From NCBI RefSeq assembly GCF_009914755.1, contig NC_060926.1: DNA of 64,000 nt; one strand, written 5' to 3'. Numbering within the stretch: the stretch's first letter is position 1; the number at the start of each line of letters is the position of its first letter. The translations under genes and the position numbers were made by a program. The notes under the pieces were generated by a model. The model had not been told where the DNA came from. It ran no database searches and saw nothing but the letters and a program-made list of their open reading frames with translations. This DNA comes from the human T2T-CHM13v2.0 reference genome, Homo sapiens. This document shows, piece after piece, positions 26,334 through 37,127 of this stretch.

Positions 26334-27092
26334 CACTTTTTAGATAGAGGCATAGCATGGGTAAACATCTTTGAGTCACAAAAGTTCTTGATTTCCTAAA
26401 ACACAGAAATAGAGCACATACTTTTCTCGAGTGTGAACATTTTGAGAACCTTCCCAGTGGCGTTCAAACATGGCTGCATTAAGATGTTCCAAAATAAGAA
26501 AGGGCATGTGAAATAAAGGGGAGTGGAGGAACATATTCTATAGGAATCAATTCTAAAAACTGTATATCCAGTATATACCATAATGTTCTGTTACATTTTG
26601 TATGGAAATTAGGCTGATTTTGGTAACTAACTTTCATCTCCCCAGGTAACATTTCTTTAATGCATTTTTTTCTGCCAATAACCATGCTACTATTTCCATT
26701 TTTTCTTTTTCCCTCTCTCATAAAAACCAAGTACATATGTTGTTTATAAGACCTAATTTTCATACTTGATTAGCTCACTATATGAAAGTTAGTGGTTCAT
26801 GTGAAGGACTGTAAGTTACAGGCTAGTGTTATTCATTGTTCCAATGATAGAAATTTTGATTCTCAATATATTACAATGAGTAATAGTAAAATTGAAATTT
26901 ATGTTATATATTGTTTGTGTTAACATTTCTGATCCATTTAGGCAGGCATCATCTTCAAAGCAGTATAGTCTAAAACACAAACTTGTCATCAGTTGATGTA
27001 AAGCTTCCTTCCAATGTGATCAGATGCAGCCAAGCAACACCAGCTCTCCATTGCAAATCTTACTTTTTATTACCTTCATTAAGGTATGTAAC

Positions 27093-27547
27093 TGTCAGGC
27101 CTCTGAGCCCAAGCTAAGCCATCATATCCCCTGTGACCTGCACATATACATCCAGATGGCCTGAAGTAACTGAAGAATCACAAAAGAAGTGAAATTTAAA
27201 TGGCCTGTTCCTGCCTTAACTGATGACATTCCACCACAAAAGAAGTGAAAATGTCCGGTCCTTGCCTTAACTGATGACATTACCTTGTGAAATTCCTTCT
27301 CCTGGCTCATCCTGGCTCAAAAACCTCCCCCACTGAGCACCTTGTGACCCCCACTCCTGCCCGCCAGAGAACAACCCCCCTTTGACTGTAATTTTCCTTT
27401 ACCTACCCAAATCTTATAAAACAGCCCCACCCCATCTCCCTTTGCCGACTCTTTTCGGACTCAGCCCGCCTGCACCCAGGTGATTAAAAAGCTTTATTTC
27501 TCACACAAAGCCTGTTTGGTGGTCACTTCACACAGACGCGAGTGAAA
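27093..27547 (+). promoter_or_regulatory. 5' LTR7 (HERV-H promoter/enhancer)
   Basis: tgtcaggcctctgagcccaagc...gcgagtgaaa. Tandem U3 repeats (cacaaaagaagtgaaa...ccttaactgatgacatt), TATAAA at 27415, ATTAAA at 27483. Confidence 0.95.
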
Positions 27548-27549
27548 TT

Positions 27550-27567
27550 TGGTGCTGTGACTCGGAT
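27550..27567 (+). other. Primer-binding site for tRNA-His
   Basis: tggtgctgtgactcggat versus the canonical TGGTGCCGTGACTCGGAT (one CpG transition), immediately after the 5' LTR. Confidence 0.93.
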
Positions 27568-27690
27568 CGGGGGACCGCCCTTAGGAGATCAGTCCCCTGT
27601 CCTCCTGCTCTTTGTTTCATGAGAAAGATCCACCTACGATCTCCAGTCCTCAGACCAACCAGCCCAAGGAACATCTCACCAATTTTAAAT

Positions 27691-27699
27691 CCGGTAAGC
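27691..27699 (+). other. HERV-H major splice donor (ccg|gtaagc)
   Basis: Consensus 5' splice site ~145 nt after the LTR in the context aattttaaatccg|gtaagc, the position known for the HERV-H leader donor. Confidence 0.75.
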
Positions 27700-28009
27700 A
27701 GCCTCTTTTTATTCTCTTCTCCAACCTCTCACTATCCCTCAACCTCTTTCTCCTCTCAATCTTGGTGCCACACTTCAATCTCTCCCTTCTCTTAATTTCA
27801 GTTCCTTTCCTTTTCTAGTAGAGACAAAGGAGACATGTTTTATCCATGGACCCAAAACTCTGGCGCCGGTCACAGACTCAGGAAGACAGTCTTCCCTTGT
27901 TGTTTAATCACGCGGGGACACCTGCCTGAATATTCACCGACGTTTCAGAGGTGTCTGACCACGCGGGGACGCCTGCCTTGGTCCTTCACCCTTAGTGGCA
28001 AGTACCTCT

Positions 28010-28180
28010 TTTCTAGGGGGCAAGAATGCCCCCTGACCCCTTCTCTCCACGTCTCTACCCCTTTTCTGCTTTTCTGGAGGGCAAGAACTCCCCAACCCCT
28101 TCTCTCCATGTCTCTACCCCTTTTCCGCTTTTCTGGAGGGCAAGAACTCCCCAACCCCCTCTCTCCGTGTCTCTACTCTC
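28010..28180 (+). repeat. HERV-H leader tandem repeat (~60 bp x3)
   Basis: ggcaagaa...cccc...ccccttctctccaYgtctctacccctttt occurs three times. Confidence 0.8.
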
Positions 28181-28209
28181 TCTTTTTTCTGGGCTTGTCT
28201 CCTTCACTA

Positions 28210-29460
28210 TGGGCAACCTTCCAGCCTCCATTCCTCCCTCTTCTCCCTTAGCCCGTGTTCTCAAGAACTTAAAACCTCTTCAACTCACACCTGACCTAAA
28301 ACATAAACGCCTTATTTTCTTCTACAATGCCGCTTGACCCCAGTACAAACTTGACAGTGGTTCCAAATAGCCAGAAAACGGCACTTTCGATTTTTCCATC
28401 CTACCAGATCTAGATAATTCTTGTCGTAAAATGGGCAAACGGTCTGAGATGCCTGATGTCCAGGCATTCTTTTACACATTGTTCACTCCCTACTCTCTGT
28501 TCCCAATGCGACTTGTCCCAAATCCTCCTTTCCCTCTTGCCTGTCCTCTCAGTCCCAACCCCAAGTGTTGCTGAGTCTTTCTAATCTTCCTTTTCTACAG
28601 ACCCATCTGACCTCTCACCTCCTCCCCAGGCTGCCCCTCGCCAGGCGGAGCCAGGTCCCAATTCTTCCTCAGCCTCTGCTCCCCCACCCTATAATCCTTT
28701 TATCACCCGCCCTCCTCACACCCTGTCCGGCTTACAGTTTCCTTCCGTGACTAGCCCTCCCCAACCTGCCCAGCAATTTCCTCTTAAAAAGGTGGCTTGA
28801 GCTAAAGGCATAGTCAAGGTTAATGCTTTTTCTTTATGCGACCTCTCCCAAATCAGTTAGTGTTTAGGCTGTTTCATCAAATATGAAAAACCCAGCCCAG
28901 TTCATGGCTCGTTCGGCAGCAACCCTGAGATGCTTTACAGCCCTAGACCCTAAACGTCAAAAGGCCGTCTTATTCTCAATATACATTTTATTACCCAATC
29001 TGCTCCTGACATTAAATAAAACTCCAAAAATTAAATTCTGGCCCTCAAACCCCACAACAGGACTTAATTAACCTCGCCTTCAAGGTGTACAATAATAGAG
29101 TAGAGGCAGCCAAGTAGCAACCAACATATTTCTGAGTTGCAATTCCTTGCCTCCACTGTGAGACAAACCCCAGCCACGTCTCCAGCACACAAGAACTTCC
29201 AAATGCCTAACCCGCAGTGGCCAGGCATTCCTCCAGGCCTGCCTCCCCCAGGAGCTTGCTACAAGTGCGGGAAATCTGGCCACTGGGCCAAGGAATGCCC
29301 ACAGCCTGGGATTCCTCCTAAGTCGTGTCCCATCTATGCAGGACCCCACTAAAAATCAGACTGTTCAACTCACCTGGCAGCCACTTCCAGAGCCCCTGGA
29401 ACTCTGGCCCAAGTCTCTCTGACTCCTTCCCAGATCTTCTCGGCTTAGCAGCTGAAGACT
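28210..29460 (+). pseudogene. gag: HERV-H gag remnant (multiple stops) with nucleocapsid zinc knuckle
   Basis: MGNLP-like start at ~28209. CYKCGKSGHWAKEC (CX2CX4HX4C) at 29257-29298. The second knuckle is degenerate and truncated (CPIYAGPH*). Confidence 0.85.
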
Positions 29461-29499
29461 GACACCACCTGATCACCTCGGAAGCCTACAAGACCATCA

Positions 29500-29800
29500 C
29501 AGACACTCTGGGTAACTCTCACAGTGGAGGGTAAGTCTGTCCCCTTCTTCATCAATACGGAGGCTACCCACTCCACATTACCTTCTTTTCAAGGGCCTGT
29601 TTCCCTTGCCTCCATAACTGTTGTGGGTATTGACAGCCAGGCTTCTAAACCAGTTAAAACTCCCTAACTCTGGTGCCAACTTAGACAATACTCTTTTAAG
29701 CACTCCTTTTTAGTTATCCCACCTGCCCAGTTCCCTTATTAGGCCAAGATATTTTAACTAAATCATCTGCTTCCCTGACTAATCCTGGGCTACAGCCGCA
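29500..29800 (+). pseudogene. pro: HERV-H protease remnant, catalytically dead
   Basis: The active-site region reads FFINTEATHS (NTE instead of DTG, 29554-29562). A downstream CPVPLLGQDI motif is present, with in-frame stops. Confidence 0.75.
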
Positions 29801-29990
29801 CCTCATTGCCACTTTTTCCCCCAGTTCAAAGCCTCCTTCACATCCTCCCCTTATATCTCCCCACCTTAACCCGCAAGTATAAGATACCTCTACTCCCTCC
29901 TTAGCGACCAAGAATCCACCCCTTACCATCTCATTAAAACCTGATCACCCTTACCCCGCTCAATGCCAGTATCCCATCCCACAGCACGCT

Positions 29991-30467
29991 TTGAAAGGAT
30001 CAAAGCCTGTTATCACTTGCCTGCTACAGCATGGCCTTTTAAAGCCTATAAACTCCCCTTACAATTCCCCCATTTCACCTGTGCTAAAACCAGACAAGGC
30101 TTATAGGTTAGTTCAAGATCTGCACCTTATCAACCAAATTGTTTTGCCTATCCACCCCGTGGTGCCAAACCCATATACTCTCCTATCCTCAATACCTCCC
30201 TCCACAACCCATTATTCTGTTCTGGATCTCAAACATGCTTTCTTTACTATTCCTTTGAACCCTTCATCCCAGCCTCTCTTCGCTTTCACTTGGACTGACC
30301 CTGACACCCATCAGGCTCAGCAAATTACCTGGGCTGTACTGCCGCAAGGCTTCACAGACAGCCCCCATTACTTCAGTCAAGCCCAAATTTCTTTCTCATC
30401 TGTTACCTATCTTGGTGTAATTCTCATAAAAACACACGTGCTCTCCCTGCTGATCGTGTCCAACTGA
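29991..30467 (+). pseudogene. pol: HERV-H pol, reverse transcriptase fragment
   Basis: YRLVQDL, SVLDLKHAFFTIPL and WAVLPQGFTDSP motifs. The YxDD catalytic segment is deleted (LPQG...SP is followed closely by VTYLG). Confidence 0.92.
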
Positions 30468-30855
30468 TCTCTCAAACCCCAACACCTACAAAAAAACAAC
30501 TCCTTTCCCTCCTATGCATGGTTGGATACTTTCAACTTTAGATACATGGTTTTGCCATCCTAACAAAACCATTATATAAACTCACAAAAGGAAACCTAGC
30601 TGAGCCCATAGATCCTAAATCCTTTCCCCACTGCTCTTTCCATTCCTTGAAGACAGCTTTAGAGACTGCCCCCACTCTAGCTCTCCCTGACTTATCCCAA
30701 CCCTTTTCATTACCCACAGCTAAAGTGCAGGGCTGTGCAGTCGGAATTCTTACACAAGAACCAGGACCGCACCCTGTAGCCTTTTTATCCAAACAACTTG
30801 ACCTTACTGTTTTGCCTAGCCCTCAAGTCTGCATGCAGCGGCTGCCACTGCCCTA

Positions 30856-31870
30856 ATGCTTTTAGAGGCCCTTAAAATCACAAACTATGCTCAACTCACT
30901 CTCTACAGTTCTCCTAACTTCCAAAATCTATTTTCTTCCTCACACCTGACACATATACTGTCTGCTGACTGGCTCCTTCAGCTGTACTCACTCTTTGTTG
31001 AGTCTCCCACAATTACCATTGTTCCTGGCCCGGACTTCAATCCGGCCTTCCACTTTATTCCTGATACCACACCTGACCCCCATGACTGTATCTCTCTGAT
31101 CCACCTGACATTCACCCCATTTCCCCATATTTCCTTCTTTCCTGTTCCTCACCCTGATCACACTTGGTTTATTGATGGCAGTTCCACCAGGCCTAATCGC
31201 CACACACCAGCAAAGGCAGGCTATGCTATGGTACAAGCCACTAGCCCGCCTCTTAGAACCTCTCATTTCCTTTCCATCGTGGAAATCTATCCTCAAGGAT
31301 ATAACTTCTCAGTGTTCCATCTGCTATTCTACTACTCCTCAGGGATTATTCAGGCCCCCTCCCTTCCCTACACATCAAGCTCAGGGATTTGCCCCGCTCC
31401 CAGGACTGGCAAATTGGCTTTACTCAACATGCCCCGAGTCAGAAAACTAAAATACCTCTTAGTCTGGGTAGACACTTTCACTGGATGGGTAGAGGCCTTT
31501 CCTACAGGGTCTGAGAAGGCCACCACAGTCATCTCTTCCCTTCTGTCAGACATAATTCCTTGGTTTGGCCTTCCCACCTCTATACAGTCTGATAACGGAC
31601 CAGCCTTTATTAGTTAAATCAGCCAAGCATTTTTTCAGGCTCTTGGTATTCAGTGAAACTTTTATATCCCTTACGGTCCTCAGTCTTCAGGAAAGGTAGA
31701 ACGGATTAATGTTCTTTTAAAAACACACCTCACCAAGCTCAGCCACTAACTTAAAAAGGACTGGACAATACTTTTACCACTTTCCCTTCTCAGAATTCAG
31801 GCCTGTCTTCGGAATGCTACAGGGTACAGCCCATTTGAGCTCCTGTATGGATGCTCCCTTTTATTAGGCC
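30856..31870 (+). pseudogene. pol: HERV-H pol, RNase H start fused by deletion to the integrase core
   Basis: WFIDGSS (RNase H), then [17 protein letters not shown] and IQSDNGPAF (integrase D,D). Stops follow, and an SSGKVER motif lies at ~31684. Confidence 0.9.
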
Positions 31871-32472
31871 CCAGTCTCATTCCAGACACCAGACCAACTT
31901 GGACTGTGCCCCAGAAAACTTGTCATCCCTACTATCTTCTGTCTAGTCGTACTCCTATTCACCTTTCTCAACTACTCATACATGCCCTGCTCTTGTTTAC
32001 ACTGCCAGTTTACACTGTTTCTCTAAGCCATCACAGCTGATATCTCCTGGTGCTATCCCCAAACTGCCACTCTTAACTCTTAAAGTAAATAAATAATCTC
32101 TGCTGGCAAGGCTATGCTGAACCTCCTTAGGCACTCTCTAATTAGATGTCCTAGGTCCTCCCAATTCTTAGTCCTTTAATACCCATTTTTCTCCTCTTAT
32201 TCTGTTTAGTTTTTCAATTCATACAAAACCGTATCCAGTCCATCACCAATAATTCTACACGACAAATGTTTCTTCTAACAACCCCACAATATCACCCCTT
32301 ACCACAAAATCTTCCTTCAGCTTAATCTCTCCCACTCTAGGTTCCCATGCCGCCCCTAATCCCACTCGAAGCAGCCCTGAGAAACATCGCCCGGTATCTC
32401 TCCATACCACCCCCAAAATTTTCGCCGCCCCAACACTTTAACACTGTTTTGTTTTATTTTTCTTATTAATAT

Positions 32473-32485
32473 AAGAAGACAGGAA
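32473..32485 (+). other. Polypurine tract
   Basis: aagaagacaggaa directly before the 3' LTR. Confidence 0.8.
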
Positions 32486-32942
32486 TGTCAGGCCTCTGAG
32501 CCCAAGCTAAGCCATCATATCCCCTGTGACCTGCACATATACATCCAGATGGCCCGAAGTAACTGAAGAATCACAAAAGAAGTGAAATTTAAATGGCCTG
32601 TTCCTGCCTTAACTGATGACATTCCACCACAAAAGAAGTGAAAATGTCCGGTCCTTGCCTTAACTGATGACATTACCTTGTGAAATTCCTTCTTCTGGCT
32701 CATCCTGGCTCAAAAACTTCCCCCACTGAGCACCTTGTGACCCCCACTCCTGCCCGCCAGAGAACAACCCCCCTTTGACTGTAATTTTCCTTTACCTACC
32801 CAAATCTTATAAAACAGCCCCACCCCATCTCCCTTCGCTGACTCTCTTTTCGGACTCAGCCCACCTGCACCCAGGTGATTAAAAAGCTTTATTGTTCACA
32901 CAAAGCCTGTTTGGTGGTCTCTTCACACAGATGCGAGTGAAA
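32486..32942 (+). promoter_or_regulatory. 3' LTR7 (polyadenylation signal ATTAAA at 32878)
   Basis: Direct repeat of the 5' LTR with 10 substitutions and one 2-bp indel. Confidence 0.95.
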
Positions 32943-33045
32943 GTAACCGTCACCACAAACTGCTTGCTGTTCCACCACTGAATGGTACCTATTGTGCAAC
33001 ATCCTGGCTGCACTCTAGGAGTTTCTCTTATAGAAATTTGCTCAT

Positions 33046-33344
33046 TCTGGGCACGTGGCTCACGCCTGTAATCCCAGCACTTTGGGAGGCCAAGGTGGGT
33101 GGATCACGAGGTCATGAGATCGAGACCATCCTGGCCAACACAGTGAAACCCCGTCTGTACTAAAGAAAAAAATACAAAAAATTAGGGGGTGTGGTGGCAG
33201 GCGCCTGTAGTCCCAGCTACAGGGACTGGAGGCTGAGGCAGGAGAATGGCATGAACCCGGGAGGCGGAGTTTGCAGTGAGCCAAGATGGCACCACTGCAC
33301 TCCAGCCTGGGCAACAGAGCGAGACTCTGTCTCAAAAAAAAAAA
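33046..33344 (+). mobile_element. Alu (AluSc/Y-like)
   Basis: Full dimer. TSD agaaatttgctca / agatgtttgctca. Confidence 0.92.
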
Positions 33345-33479
33345 GATGTTTGCTCAAAATTTACTTTCACTCCGCTTCACTACTACAATTATTGGAGCCA
33401 TGCTACAAAAGACACTCTTAGAGTTGTTGCAATTGTACACATCAACACTATTTTTCCCAAGGCCAAAGCTAGAACAATT

Positions 33480-33818
33480 TGAATAACAAACTAAGTTAGT
33501 ATTAGATTACAACCCAAAGTATAAAATATACGTATTTATATATATGCATCTATACTGATATTAATAAGTCATTGAATAAATAAATACACAAATGGGGAGA
33601 AAGTGACAAACCTTCCTTACAAAAGAATTTCAAAAAACATTTCAAAAACAAAAAACTCTAGAATGTGGAGCTTAATTGTTCTCTCCTTAAATTTAAACTG
33701 GACTTAGTGACTTCCCTACTAAGAAGACAGTATTAAAAGGGGAAAATAGTAACTTCATGCTGAGGAAATCAGAAAGACACTACCTTAATCAGTGATCATC
33801 AATGTTAACTTCACCAGT
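33480..33818 (+). mobile_element. Old L1 (L1MC/MD-like) 3'UTR fragment
   Basis: attacaacccaaagtataaa...tgaataaataaata...aaatggggagaaagtgacaaaccttccttac...ggacttagtgactt...taccttaatcagtgatc. Confidence 0.55.
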
Positions 33819-33930
33819 TGAAACCCCCTTTGCAAAAATTACATTGGTGAGAAAATTACAACAGTAAAAGAAATCTGATTTAACCCATGCCCCATCTTGC
33901 CTTTCCCTTAATTATTTCTGGACTTAGCTA
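33819..33930 (+). mobile_element. Short 5' fragment of an LTR8-family LTR
   Basis: tgaaaccccctttgcaaaaatta...gtgagaaaatta...cagtaaaagaaatctgatttaaccc...ccccatcttgcc matches the LTR starts seen in antisense at 61344 and 62124. Confidence 0.6.
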
Positions 33931-34113
33931 ATAAATGCTACAAAATTTCCATAAACATTAAAATCCTCAGAGAGACCAAATTATTTTCATAGAATTGTAG
34001 TATTGGATGTTGAAACTCTACAGTATTTAATTTATCGAGAATCTGAGAATGGACAAATTTTACTGGGCAGAATATTCAATTATCAAGAACAATCTATTTT
34101 CTAAATTACCATG

Positions 34114-34116
<3 letters not shown>

Positions 34117-34152
<36 letters not shown>
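34117..34152. repeat. (GT)n microsatellite
   Basis: Perfect GT run. Confidence 0.97.
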
Positions 34153-34155
<3 letters not shown>

Positions 34156-36254
34156 CCTGTGTGCTGTAAAAACAAAAGTGTATTGTCCCTGTGATATTTG
34201 TCAGGTCTCCACCATCAGACACTTGATCTCTACAGGCAGGAATACTAGCTACTGTGTATTATCTCCAGTGGGTAATTCACCCCTGGTCCCCAATCCTGGT
34301 TCTGCTCGCTGCACAGAAGGTGGCTTATTATATGCAAGAGCCTGACTGTATGAATGGGCTGCTCCAGGAAGGTGGGTCCAGATCAATCATTTCTGATGTT
34401 GAAAATTTACATTTGAAAAAGGGCTGTTTCCCAGTACCATGGACACAGCTATCAGGAGGGAAACCCCAGTGAAATGCCGGGGTCGTTGTTGTATTGGTGC
34501 TGTATTTTGTTTTGCTTTTTGTTCCATAAGTCTAAATAATCAATTTAAGCATTTTCATTCTGAACTGATCCAATTAATTAATTATGTTATCTTTGTATAA
34601 GTACCGCTGGGGAGAAATCAAAATAAAATCAGAAGCACAGGCGAGAGAGAGAGGAAAAAAAATCAAGTGTGGATAGTGGAAAGATAAAATAGATAAAATC
34701 AAATTTGCACCGAATGTGTTCCAGGTCCAAATTTCCTCCAGCACACATCTTTTGTAAGTAGCTTCCACAGCCCCCGAATGCGGCCAATAAGTGTTTTGCC
34801 AGATTCAATATAAATATAACAAGACTCTTCAAATATAACCCTGCTGCTTGCCTCACTGGGCGGTAGTAGCTGTTTACATAGCTCGTAGATAAATAGAAAA
34901 CTCAATCTGCTTATTTCCAGCTACCATATTAGCAAAAAAGAAAGTTAACGAAGGACGCTGCAAAGGAGTGTGGTGTGTTTAATAAAACACTTTCCCCAGG
35001 AATTGAAAGAAGCCTCTGCATGTGGGATGCAGCAGCTCATCACTAATTCAGAATCTCCCTTCAGCCTCAGACTTTTGTCTTTCTTCTTCCAACTGCCGCA
35101 CTTTCAAGCGTGATGGCTTGCTGAGTAGGCTTCCCTACTCTGGAAGGGAGCTCAGAGGGAAGGGAGAGGGAGAGTTCATTAGGGGTATTTCACAGTCACT
35201 CAGATCCCAGGGTCTCTGTCTCATCTTTGCAGATCACACTGCTCATAGAGAGTCTTTCTTTATTTTGTTACTTATCCTTGTACTGCCAGAAGTCTACAAA
35301 GACGGGGCTCCTGCATGTCCCCATTCACATCAGTGGGATGTGAGCACAATTCAAAGCCTATCCTGCACCCGTGTACATTCACTGATTGCAAATCAGCTTA
35401 TTGTATTTTAAAAATTCGACATTTTCTTGAAAATGCAGCATTTGAAGATGAAAATCTTATTCTAAGAGAAGCATATTACAAAAAGGAAGAATAAAATAAA
35501 GAGATGAGAGTGAAAGCAGGAGGGGGAAAGAGAACAAAGAAAACACAGACAAATGAACAAAGAGAATGATCAGGTAGGATTATGTTTTCAAATCCAGATA
35601 GCTGACCTATGAAAACCAAGTTTTGCTTAAGGTTTTCATTTACTTCTATGCATGTATTTCTTTTCAGAAACCTCTCATCAAAGCCAATCAGCATTGCTAA
35701 TGTATTGGTCATGTTCCAGCCTTGAGAAGTCAAACTGAGCCAACATTATTAAAGTCCTGCAAAATCAAAAGAGTCAAGACCCTTTCTCCACCAAATGATC
35801 CTTTTTTCCTTCAGTTTTCTGGATATGGAGACTTGATTACAGCACATTCTCCTAATTATAAGGTCTACTTTGAACACATTGCTTTATTCCTAGAAAGTCA
35901 ATGGCCATTAATGATTTTATCGCTGAAATTGGTGGTTACAGGTGGGCATTTGTAGTTTTAACGTGAGCTATCTTTCAAAGAGAACATGGTTAATATGATT
36001 TAATAGGAACTACATGTTTTTATGAATCTATAGAATTCTCATTTCCCACTGATTAAATGAAACTTCTGAAGCTTCAAAGAATGTCTAGGTGAAAAATGGG
36101 CTGAATTCTCCTATTTGGAAACCTGTATGCTCTCATTTCTGCCCAGGTGCAGTATTTATACCACTGAATCTATATTCAATCTAATTTCCACTCAGTCCAA
36201 GCTGATCTTTAGGGCAGGGAGGCTGGCCTAGTAATGTAGAAGCTAGCTACATGT

Positions 36255-36256
<2 letters not shown>

Positions 36257-36285
<29 letters not shown>
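36257..36285. repeat. Poly-T tract (~29 nt) without an adjacent Alu body
   Basis: Directly visible. Confidence 0.9.
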
Positions 36286-36287
<2 letters not shown>

Positions 36288-36777
36288 ATGGAAAGGACAA
36301 CTGTTCCAAAATTTGAGCAACCCTCTTAGGTTTGGTCCTTTGCCTGACTGGTTGGCGGTTGTTTCATGTATTTGGCTGGTATTAGAATGCATAGGCAGAG
36401 ACTACCTTGCACATGCATTCTACATCTATGCACATGCACGTGAACAGAAGTAGAAACATGTATGTCTTTTCTCACTAGTTTAGAATCCAAAGAGCATTTA
36501 TTCAAAGGCAGTTACACTGTGTTTAAGGTTTAAGGACTTTTCTTTCCCCCAGACGAATAAAGCAGGCACAGTCCTTGACTTTAAAGTGTTTAGACTCTAC
36601 ATAGGAAGATATGCCATAAATAGTATAAAATAAAACAGTGATTTAAGAGCTAAGTTATGATATATGAGAATATGTGTCACAAGACACCTAGGGGTTTATT
36701 GTCAAATGTCTGTATAAGTAATGAGTGTTATAAGATCAGATGAATGGTATGAGCACCCATTAACTATTGTATCTTAG

Positions 36778-37127
<350 letters not shown>

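Larger units (their letters stand above)
27093..32942 (+). mobile_element. HERV-H provirus (common internally deleted, env-less ~5.8-kb form)
   Basis: Two LTRs, 5-bp TSD gtaac (27088-27092; 32943-32947), tRNA-His PBS, gag zinc knuckle, RT/RNase H/integrase remnants and a polypurine tract. Confidence 0.98.

Noticed and set aside
27122-27310. Near-identical 62-aa minus-strand ORFs at 27122-27310 and 32515-32703
   Set aside because: These are antisense reading frames of the two LTR7 copies. The internal peptide repeat mirrors the U3 tandem repeat.
29991-31617. Active reverse transcriptase/integrase system
   Set aside because: The YxDD motif is deleted, frames are broken and the protease catalytic Asp is lost. 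This is a known defective HERV-H.
35022-35411. 129-aa ORF (also 48669-49085, 138 aa; 58597-58968, 123 aa)
   Set aside because: No domain motifs or splice context, and lengths are within chance expectation for six frames over 64 kb.
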